Shown: one piece after another, positions 1 through 6,851 of the stretch
Layout: the number at the start of each line of letters is the position of its first letter
Position numbering within the stretch: the first letter of the stretch is position 1
Source of the DNA: a virus
Taxonomy: Duplodnaviria > Caudoviricetes
IMG/VR virus record: IMGVR_UViG_3300049492_000076
Coordinates: 1 to 24,189 of that record
DNA: 24,189 nt
Reading direction: 5' to 3' (one strand)
Notes under the pieces: generated by a model
Database searches by the model: none
Seen by the model: only the letters and a program-made list of their open reading frames with translations
Told to the model about the DNA's origin: nothing
Position numbers and translations under genes: made by a program

Positions 1-17
1 AAACCTATTTTGAGAAA

Positions 18-323
18 ATGGCACAGGTTAAATTCTCCGTGTCGGCATTGGGTGCTTACTTAGTTCCGAAGATTAAATCGGTGCTATCTACGAACTCAAA
101 GGCCTCGTCCGGGGGTATAACCGAAGCAGAGGCAATGGAGCAATTGGCTCAGGCTATTGGAGTTGGTGTGGCTGCGGCCTGGAGTAGCCCGATGATTACA
201 TCGGCATTCTCTGCGGTTCTAGGCTTACCGATTGCACCGCCCGCAGTACCGGTTACTCCTGGAGATCCTGCTGCAGGCTCAAAGATTCAGGCGGCCATTA
301 AAGGCCAAAGTATGGAGGCTTAA
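18..323 (+). CDS. hypothetical phage protein (101 aa, Ala/Pro-rich C-terminus)
   Basis: ATG preceded by GAGAAA; co-oriented with downstream genes; no recognisable family. Confidence 0.6.
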   Translation: MAQVKFSVSALGAYLVPKIKSVLSTNSKASSGGITEAEAMEQLAQAIGVGVAAAWSSPMITSAFSAVLGLPIAPPAVPVTPGDPAAGSKIQAAIKGQSMEA

Positions 324-1550
324 AACACAATGAGCTATAGGGGTGTCACATGTCTATCGCATGAGATAAGACTTCATCCAACAAAGTCCCAGGAGGTCTT
401 TTTTCGGAAAGCCTGTGGAGCTGCTCGTGTCGCCTACAACTATGGTCTTGCTGAGTACAAAAAAGCCATTGACGCCAAAGAAAAACCTAAAATCCTTGAG
501 ATAAAGAAGAAGTTCAATCAAGAAAAGAAAGAACTTTTTCCTTGGATGTCTGAAACCAACAAGGATGCTAATCAACAGCCTTTCACTAATCTACAGAATG
601 CATTCGGTAAGTTTTTTAAAAGAACCACTAAGTTCCCAACCTTCAAGAAGAAGGGAAGAAAAGATTCATTCTATATCTCGAACGATAGGTTCTCCGTAGA
701 TGGAAATAAATTTCGAATCCCTAAATTAGGTTTTGTTAATGGCGCAGAAGAATTGAGATTCAAGGGAAAAATTTTATCTGCAACGATAAAAAGAAAAGCG
801 AACTTCTGGTTCGTAGTAGTTAGTGTTGAAACCGAAATCAATCCTGCAACTTGCAAAAACCAAGCGGTTATTGGGGTGGATCTTGGTGTTAAAACCCTAG
901 CTACTTTGAGTGATGGCAAAGTAATAAAATCAGTCAGTCCTATTAGAAAAAGACTTAATAGACTGAAGTTGCTTCAAAGGCGTACATCAAGGAAAGTTAA
1001 TGGGTCATCCAACAAAAGAAAAGCAAATCAGCGTGTAGCTAAGTTACACTATGAAGTCGCCTGCCTAAGAAAAGATGTCCTTAACAAATTGACGACTTAT
1101 TTATGTGAGAATTATCAAGTTATCTGTATTGAAGATTTGAATGTGTCCGGCATGATTAAAAATCATAAGCTTGCACTTTCGATATCAGATATGGGGTTTG
1201 GTGAGTTCCGGAGACAACTTGAATACAAGTCAATCCTGAATGGCGTAACACTTATCGTAGTGGATAAGTGGTTTGCCTCCAGTAAGATTTGCTCTGGCTG
1301 CGGATTCAAGAAAGACGCACTGCCACTCTCCGAGCGAGAGTATGTATGCGAGAATTGTGGACAGGTTATAGACCGTGACCTTAATGCCGCAATAAATTTA
1401 AGAAACTACGGTTTAGAACAACTAAGGGCGGTTAGCCCTGAAGTAACGCCTGTGGACAAGATAGCTCTGGTCGGTGACGACGAAACTATATTGGTTGAAG
1501 CAGGAATTTTAGAGCGACGCGAAAGCATCGCTTAGAAAGTAGCAGGCTTA
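316..1550 (+). mobile_element. solo tnpB insertion (no TnpA), IS607/IS1341-like
   Basis: tnpB flanked by AGGCTTA at 316-322 and 1544-1550; no transposase ORF. Boundaries are inferred. Confidence 0.55.
330..1535 (+). CDS. tnpB: TnpB RNA-guided endonuclease (IS200/IS605/IS607 OrfB)
   Basis: N-terminal HTH (HEIRLHPT...ARVAYN), RuvC-I GVDLG, RuvC-II IEDL, Zn ribbon (CSGCG...CENCG), RuvC-III DRDLNAA; catalytic D/E/D residues intact. Confidence 0.95.
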   Translation: MSYRGVTCLSHEIRLHPTKSQEVFFRKACGAARVAYNYGLAEYKKAIDAKEKPKILEIKKKFNQEKKELFPWMSETNKDANQQPFTNLQNAFGKFFKRTTKFPTFKKKGRKDSFYISNDRFSVDGNKFRIPKLGFVNGAEELRFKGKILSATIKRKANFWFVVVSVETEINPATCKNQAVIGVDLGVKTLATLSDGKVIKSVSPIRKRLNRLKLLQRRTSRKVNGSSNKRKANQRVAKLHYEVACLRKDVLNKLTTYLCENYQVICIEDLNVSGMIKNHKLALSISDMGFGEFRRQLEYKSILNGVTLIVVDKWFASSKICSGCGFKKDALPLSEREYVCENCGQVIDRDLNAAINLRNYGLEQLRAVSPEVTPVDKIALVGDDETILVEAGILERRESIA

Positions 1551-1566
1551 GAATGATTTCGATTAA
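1400..1566 (+). ncRNA. putative TnpB omegaRNA (reRNA) overlapping the tnpB 3' end, plus about 20 nt of flank-derived guide
   Basis: Typical 3' sequence ACGCCTGTGGA...GAAGCAGGAA; GNRA-capped hairpins GTCG-GTGA-CGAC (1470-1481) and AGCGAcGC-GAAA-GCaTCGCT (1513-1532). omegaRNA location follows established TnpB biology; ends are approximate. Confidence 0.6.
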
Positions 1567-3706
1567 CCAGGCAGTGATAAACCAAACAGCGTTCGAAAAA
1601 GTAGCTGCGTTCGAATTGGAGAAAGACATCTCCACCTGGAACAAAGAAATCACAGATCAGTTCATGAGCCAAGTTACATACTTGCCTCAAGGGACTGAGA
1701 CAGACATTGCCATCTCAGAGATTGATGAGAACAATGGATACGCAAAAGGAAGTGTTGTTGCCTGGTTGGGCAAGACGCGAATCAATTTCCCCATCATAGT
1801 AAACAACTTCAAGCTCGCTCCTTTCGATGTGTTTGTGGCCAAAGAAGAGAAGGATGGCCAATCCGTATTCTTGCCAGCAAACGAGCAGAACGTATCCAGG
1901 GTACTGTATCAGCAAGGTCTTGGTATTGTTGACAACTCTAAACCAACCAGCATGATCGAGGGAATCAAACAACCCGGCAACATCGGGCCAAAACAGTCCG
2001 TTCCATTAACCACAATGAACGAGCAGTTCGAAGTTCTCAAGATGTCCTCAGCCATGGCTACTAAAGACGACATGATGAAGCTAGCCGACTGTCTGAATAA
2101 GAACACTGGCATGCCAGAGATGTTCTACCAAAACAGCGGAAACCACCTGCACAACACCATCACTCAGGTTTTATCAAACGTATCGACACCAAGGACGCAG
2201 ACCATTGGCAATCTTGACTTGGGTGGAATTGTGGAAGCTAAGCAGTCGGTCGCCTTGGTTGATTCAGAGCTGTTCAATGCGGACTCCATGTCCCCTTTGT
2301 TGCCTGGAGATGTGGCTGAGTTGCGCATGCACTCATTCCCAACCATGGAAGACTTCCTCGAAATGTCCAGCAAAGATGATGGAAAGCTCATGATTGCCAA
2401 GTCTGGCAAACCTATCACAGGAGTAATCATCGCCAAGTGCGAGATGCCTGAAGACAGGAATTTTATTTCATCGTCGTCACATCCAGGTGAAGAGAAAAAG
2501 AAAGAAAAAGTACCACAAATATTTCTCTCATCCTGCGGAAAATATGTTGCAGAGTTCGAAGACTGGGATCGCACGAATGTAGGGTTCTATGGAACTAAAC
2601 TCGGTGTTAACCCTTCAGATATCATCGCTAATCTTCAGTCAAAAGTATTGGACGCATCCTCAACCAGCAACGTTCTGAATAAGATGGATGGGTCCGATAA
2701 GCTATTGGATGCCATGACGGATGCAAATCAAGGTCGAGAGAGATACAGGGGCGACTACCCATCACTGGCATCAACAGAGAGAACATTGTTGATATTCCCA
2801 ACCCCAACCGGATACAAAGCAACCTCGTTCTATGATGGATTCAGAACTGCCATAGTAAACGGCGCAAAGGTTCGTTACAACCAATCCATGGCCCTTATTC
2901 CATCCAATGTTTTGGACATCGTTAGAGTTAGCAAGGTATCCGATCCAGTATTGTCTGCGGCCGTAGGAAGTGCCAAAAACATATACCTCATACCAGAAGC
3001 GTCGATGATGATTTCCGAAAAATTCACAAAGCGCCTTGGAACGCAAGACTTTGTCACTCCATCACAAACAGTTAGAAAAGCCTACGAAGTGAGTGAACTT
3101 CCAAAAACAGAAGTTAGCGTGAGCGAAAAAGAAGCTGGATTCAAGCTATCCGGAGATGTCATTGCTCCAATAATGAAGCTCGCTGGAGTAAGCCCCAGTG
3201 ACACATTGTCTAGGCTCCATGTCAAAGCCATTCTCAGTGTTGCTGGCATAAGCAAGACCGCATCTGACATTGCCATGAAGACGGCGTTCAACAGAGCTGT
3301 ACTTGGCCAAAACCCAACAGCAACAATCTACGGAGGAAGGGCCGATTACTTGACCTCAAAGGGTCTTGATAAGAAGGCTTCTGATACTCGTCGCGCATCA
3401 GTGATAGAGAAGATTGCTACTGCACTAAAGAGAGATTTGATCAAGGAAGCAAGCATGTTGACAGACCCAGATTCTGTTGACGTGGTCCTATCACTCAACT
3501 TCATTAACAAAGACAACCTGCAGTCTTATGTTGAACAGATTCCAACAATGGAGAAGGTTCAAAGCAAGCTGGCTGGGATGTTGGTTGCCAGTAGAATGGG
3601 CTTGGCTGAAGTACCTGAGGGTGCTATAAAGAACTCCATATCTGGATTGACAGATGTTCTCGATGGCCTGAAGTTAGTTAAGTCATCTTTATCTAAAGGG
3701 ATCTAA
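1553..3706 (+). CDS. large hypothetical phage protein, probably virion/head-associated (717 aa)
   Basis: Long clean ORF with many K-x-A motifs (EKVAA, MKLAD, MKLAG, SKTAS, DKKAS, EKIAT, IKEAS) shared with the head-region proteins. Confidence 0.6.
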   Translation: MISINQAVINQTAFEKVAAFELEKDISTWNKEITDQFMSQVTYLPQGTETDIAISEIDENNGYAKGSVVAWLGKTRINFPIIVNNFKLAPFDVFVAKEEKDGQSVFLPANEQNVSRVLYQQGLGIVDNSKPTSMIEGIKQPGNIGPKQSVPLTTMNEQFEVLKMSSAMATKDDMMKLADCLNKNTGMPEMFYQNSGNHLHNTITQVLSNVSTPRTQTIGNLDLGGIVEAKQSVALVDSELFNADSMSPLLPGDVAELRMHSFPTMEDFLEMSSKDDGKLMIAKSGKPITGVIIAKCEMPEDRNFISSSSHPGEEKKKEKVPQIFLSSCGKYVAEFEDWDRTNVGFYGTKLGVNPSDIIANLQSKVLDASSTSNVLNKMDGSDKLLDAMTDANQGRERYRGDYPSLASTERTLLIFPTPTGYKATSFYDGFRTAIVNGAKVRYNQSMALIPSNVLDIVRVSKVSDPVLSAAVGSAKNIYLIPEASMMISEKFTKRLGTQDFVTPSQTVRKAYEVSELPKTEVSVSEKEAGFKLSGDVIAPIMKLAGVSPSDTLSRLHVKAILSVAGISKTASDIAMKTAFNRAVLGQNPTATIYGGRADYLTSKGLDKKASDTRRASVIEKIATALKRDLIKEASMLTDPDSVDVVLSLNFINKDNLQSYVEQIPTMEKVQSKLAGMLVASRMGLAEVPEGAIKNSISGLTDVLDGLKLVKSSLSKGI

Positions 3707-3710
3707 TACA

Positions 3711-4160
3711 ATGTCATCATGGGCTTACGTGATGCCTAGAACCATAATGAGCCCGAGCTTCGCGGCTTATCGAGAGTCGCTTGGCCTTGAAGGACCAGAG
3801 TCTAAAGAGTTGGTTACAGCCAGGCGAGCGCCCAAGGTCAATAGCGTTAACTCTATTCGTGGACTGGATAAAGTTGGCCATATTCAAATGGCTAAAAAAA
3901 GAGTCGCGAGAACTCTTCTTTATTTAGATAAACATGCTGGCCTTACAACAGATGTGATAATTCCAAAACTTTACAAGGAAGTTGATGAAATTGTCGAAAG
4001 TGTTGATGAAGGCTTGCCGCCTGATGGTGTTACTAAGATCCCTCGGCGCGTGCGAAAGAAATCGGATCCAATAAGGACCGAGATTAACGAGACAGATATG
4101 GGGAGTATGATTGCGGCGTCTCCCATTGAATTAACCCTTAATAGTGTATATAATGTTTAG
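3711..4160 (+). CDS. hypothetical protein (149 aa)
   Basis: Starts 4 nt after the previous stop; contains LDKHAG motif. Confidence 0.6.
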   Translation: MSSWAYVMPRTIMSPSFAAYRESLGLEGPESKELVTARRAPKVNSVNSIRGLDKVGHIQMAKKRVARTLLYLDKHAGLTTDVIIPKLYKEVDEIVESVDEGLPPDGVTKIPRRVRKKSDPIRTEINETDMGSMIAASPIELTLNSVYNV

Positions 4161-4166
4161 AATCTT

Positions 4167-4209
4167 CCCGCTGATATTAACCCTTGAGTTACTTGTTTTT
4201 GTCAGCGGG
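4167..4209. terminator. hairpin between convergent genes (possible terminator or processing site)
   Basis: CCCGCTGATA...TGTCAGCGGG outer stem with inner TAAC/GTTA stem; fills the gap between convergent stops at 4160 and 4215; no clear U-tract. Confidence 0.45.
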
Positions 4210-4214
4210 CTATG

Positions 4215-4952
4215 TTAGCTTAAAACCGTGTTCAGAATAGCCTTCCTCCAGCTAGTAGGATTTAGCTTATTTTGGATTGCACTCATCAAGCAAGTTATTA
4301 CCATCCTTGTTATTTCCACAAGAGCGTGGACAAGCATAGATAAGATGCTTTTGAGCTTTTTTATCTCTTCCTGAAATGCTCGCTTAATGGTCACGTAAAG
4401 CAATCCAGCATTTCTTACTGTCGATTCCTGATCCAAGATTCGATCGTAGTGACTCTGTTCTAGATCTGGACCCCAAATGAAGTCATAGGCACCTTGGGCG
4501 TCCTTTAGGGTATCAAGATGATCTTTGTTGTAAACGCTCTTAAATACATTGGAGCATAAGTATATCCAATGCTCACGAACGATAGCGATCTCTTTTGGAT
4601 CGTGATGTTGCTCGGCATATTCCCATCCCTGATCTCTTATATCATAAAAGAGTTTGTAGTTAACCTTAATACCAAGCTTTTCTAACTTGGCGAAGAAGTC
4701 TGGATCCATTGGCATCACATCAATCGCTGTTCTTGTGATCTCGTCCAGTTCTGTCTTGAATCTATCCATCACCTTGCTCTTAACGGCATCCTGGTTATCC
4801 AATTCCTTCTTAACCTGAAGGATCTTGTTCTTAACGGAGTCAAAGGTTATGTCTCCAACGACACCTTTGACTTCTTCGACCTTATCTTTACCTAGCTTCT
4901 GAAATGCACCAAAAGTGCTAGAAGCTAATTTGATCAATGGCATCCAATTCAT
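4215..4952 (-). CDS. hypothetical helical protein (245 aa), last gene of the RT cassette
   Basis: SD AAGGAAGG and an A-rich leader before ATG; N-terminal LIKLASS motif; predicted helical/coiled-coil composition. Confidence 0.7.
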   Translation of the reverse strand: MNWMPLIKLASSTFGAFQKLGKDKVEEVKGVVGDITFDSVKNKILQVKKELDNQDAVKSKVMDRFKTELDEITRTAIDVMPMDPDFFAKLEKLGIKVNYKLFYDIRDQGWEYAEQHHDPKEIAIVREHWIYLCSNVFKSVYNKDHLDTLKDAQGAYDFIWGPDLEQSHYDRILDQESTVRNAGLLYVTIKRAFQEEIKKLKSILSMLVHALVEITRMVITCLMSAIQNKLNPTSWRKAILNTVLS

Positions 4953-4993
4953 TGGACCTTCCTTTTTGTTTTTTTTTGTTGGTGAAAATTGAT

Positions 4994-5136
4994 GAGACTG
5001 CGTTGAGATGTGATTTTACTCACATCTGATTTCAGGCTTTTGCTTCCTTTGGCTTCTCAACAGTTAGTACGAATACTAATCCATCGAATCGTCCTTTGGT
5101 GACATCCGCCCTCTTATCCTTATTCAACACAGTCTC
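4994..5136 (-). ncRNA. candidate retron-like ncRNA (a1/a2-type closing inverted repeat)
   Basis: GAGACTGCGTTGA (4994-5006) is complementary to TCAACACAGTCTC (5124-5136) at 12/13 positions, and the mismatch is a G-U wobble on the minus strand. Internal hairpins AGATGTGA/TCACATCT (5006-5027) and UUAGUA-UUCG-UACUAA (5064-5079). Adjacent to a retron-type RT and RNase H. Confidence 0.55.
5032..5130 (-). CDS. unannotated small ORF, 32 aa (MLNKDKRADVTKGRFDGLVFVLTVEKPKEAKA)
   Basis: SD AAGGAG (5139-5134), then GTG (5130) and in-frame TTG (5127), open to TGA at 5034-5032; shorter than any ORF in the supplied track. Confidence 0.5.
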   Translation of the reverse strand: MLNKDKRADVTKGRFDGLVFVLTVEKPKEAKA

Positions 5137-5157
5137 CTTCCATTACTTCGTCACACG

Positions 5158-5790
5158 TCAATCAGCTGGGCAATTAAGACCACCTATCGCGTCTCTGACC
5201 AAGCGGTCGACAAACTTATTCCATTTGTCTCTCGAATGGCCCTTCACCCATTTGAATGATATGGAACGAAGTCTAGCGACTAAGCCCTCTATATTCATCC
5301 AAAGGTCGGAGTTGATCACGGGTCTTTTGTTTGTCCTCTGGTATCCATTAGACTTCCATAACGGAAGATTGTTTTTGAAATTATCAGTAACGTATTTGCT
5401 ATCACAATTTATAATGAGAGCGACATCTTCTGGCTCTACGCCAAACAGCTTTCGCGAGTTCTCTACATTAAACTCGATAGCCTTCAGTACAGCCATCAGC
5501 TCGGATCTGTTGGGAGTGGTGTTCTCGATGGCTCCGAAATTATGGGCCGAGAGGTTGATTCCGTCGACATATCCGAAGGTGATGAATCCCCAGGACCCTG
5601 AACTTCCACAGCAGCTTCCGTCTGTGTAACAGTTAACGACTGAGCATCTGTACTTTCCATTTCTGGAAGCGGTGGAGGAAGGGATTGAGATTTCAGCCTC
5701 TCCGCCCTCCTTTGCTCTATCCGTCTCTTGGCCTCTGCTGCTGGCAGTATCGACACCTCTGCCCTTCTCAGGGCGTCCATCATTCTCCAT
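5158..5790 (-). CDS. rnhA: ribonuclease HI
   Basis: CYTDGSC, TPNRSELMAV, NCDSKYV, WKSNGY, VINSDLW, WVKGHS and WNKFVDRL motifs give an intact DEDD set plus His. Domain spans about 5158-5640. Start uncertain (ATG 5790, ATG 5961, or frameshift from the RT). Confidence 0.92.
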   Translation of the reverse strand: MENDGRPEKGRGVDTASSRGQETDRAKEGGEAEISIPSSTASRNGKYRCSVVNCYTDGSCCGSSGSWGFITFGYVDGINLSAHNFGAIENTTPNRSELMAVLKAIEFNVENSRKLFGVEPEDVALIINCDSKYVTDNFKNNLPLWKSNGYQRTNKRPVINSDLWMNIEGLVARLRSISFKWVKGHSRDKWNKFVDRLVRDAIGGLNCPAD

Positions 5791-6851
5791 GCATGACTCT
5801 TCTGTGCTGACGCCACGAAGGATACGTGACCCCTTAGCTCCATGAGCCGTTGTTCTGTTAGAAGCTCCGGCTCCCTCACCGTCGCCTGATGTACTGCTGC
5901 TCGTAATCTCCTCCTTTCTTTGCGTGGTACACCAACCTTGTCTTTCATAACAAGTCCGCATATCCGCATCCGTTCGTTCCTAGACTTAATTTCTGTTTTA
6001 TCCGTGTTGATGGTGAACCCAAAGGCATTCAACAATTTTTTAGCTCTTTTATAAACCGCATCAAACAACTGCTCCTTGTTTAATACCTTGCTACTAAAAG
6101 CTAGATCGTCGGCATATCTAGTGTAAGTTATGCCAAGCCCCTTGCAGTACTCTGTAGTGTTTTTATCGAACCCTCGCATCACCAGGTTGGATATCTTCGG
6201 AGATGTCGCAAACCCTTGAGGGGTGTATCCATTGTAAGTTACAGAGTTTATTATTCTTTTGAATATCGAATTGAATTCTTTATCAGCGTCGTAACCAGGC
6301 ATGAACATAGACTTGATTTCTTCGCACACATAAGGATACTTGCCAGCAACCTTGTTCTCATACAATGATGGACTGCACCTTCCATCCTGCATTCTGCTTT
6401 TATAGATACAGTTCTGGCAAACAACCTTATTCCCAAAGAACACATTCCTGAGCATGTCTTCATTGATAGTATCGAAGAAGTCCTTCAGATCTATTGTTAA
6501 CAAAGACATTGCACCGACATGCATTTGAGCATTACCTACAATACTCCTGCCTTCTACAAATCCAAAAGCAGCATCGTGCTCCCTAAACTTATTAAGAAAC
6601 TTCCATGTGATGAATTTATGCAAGACCCTCAATTGCCTATCGGCTATTGTGATCTTGCGAGTCTTTCCATTTGGTTTTTTTAGCTCTAGGGTTCGGATGT
6701 GTGTGTTTTTGTCTTCCAGGATCTCGTCCACTTTATCGAGTGGTCTCCCGAACATTTGGGAGGACGAGAACAGCGAGTTATCGCTCAGTGTTTCTTGTAG
6801 AGAAAGTCTTGCTCTAGCCTCTTCCTTCGATTTGTCGTAGATCCTTGTCAT
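5496..6851 (-). CDS. retron-type reverse transcriptase
   Basis: KKPNGKTRKI, AFGFVEGRSIVGNAQMH (retron region-X NAxxH), IDLKDFF, PQGFATSPKISN, YTRYADDLAFS, GFTINTDKT, RICGL (variant of region-Y VTG); SD AAAGGAAA before ATG. Confidence 0.92.
   Translation of the reverse strand: MTRIYDKSKEEARARLSLQETLSDNSLFSSSQMFGRPLDKVDEILEDKNTHIRTLELKKPNGKTRKITIADRQLRVLHKFITWKFLNKFREHDAAFGFVEGRSIVGNAQMHVGAMSLLTIDLKDFFDTINEDMLRNVFFGNKVVCQNCIYKSRMQDGRCSPSLYENKVAGKYPYVCEEIKSMFMPGYDADKEFNSIFKRIINSVTYNGYTPQGFATSPKISNLVMRGFDKNTTEYCKGLGITYTRYADDLAFSSKVLNKEQLFDAVYKRAKKLLNAFGFTINTDKTEIKSRNERMRICGLVMKDKVGVPRKERRRLRAAVHQATVREPELLTEQRLMELRGHVSFVASAQKSHAWRMMDALRRAEVSILPAAEAKRRIEQRRAERLKSQSLPPPLPEMESTDAQSLTVTQTEAAVEVQGPGDSSPSDMSTESTSRPIISEPSRTPLPTDPS

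Noticed and set aside
316-1550. IStron (group I intron plus IS)
   Set aside because: Only a few nt lie between the upstream stop and tnpB, leaving no room for an intron core.
4963-4980. T-tract as a + strand terminator
   Set aside because: No strong hairpin precedes it on the + strand; it is better explained as the A-rich leader before the SD of the 4952 gene.
5096-5629. 177-aa + strand ORF and other long antisense ORFs (e.g. 7484-7957, 13322-13732, 12553-12915)
   Set aside because: They are shadows of well-supported genes on the opposite strand, with no SD or motifs.
5633-5647. ATG CTC AGT CGT TAA as the RNase H start (SD-like GGAAAG upstream)
   Set aside because: It is out of frame and stops after 4 codons; it would be the start only if one base is an insertion error, which needs raw reads.
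5496-6851. RT as part of a diversity-generating retroelement or group II intron
   Set aside because: It has retron NAxxH and region-Y-like motifs; no TR/VR repeat pair, Avd-like gene, maturase domain or intron-sized noncoding flanks are visible.
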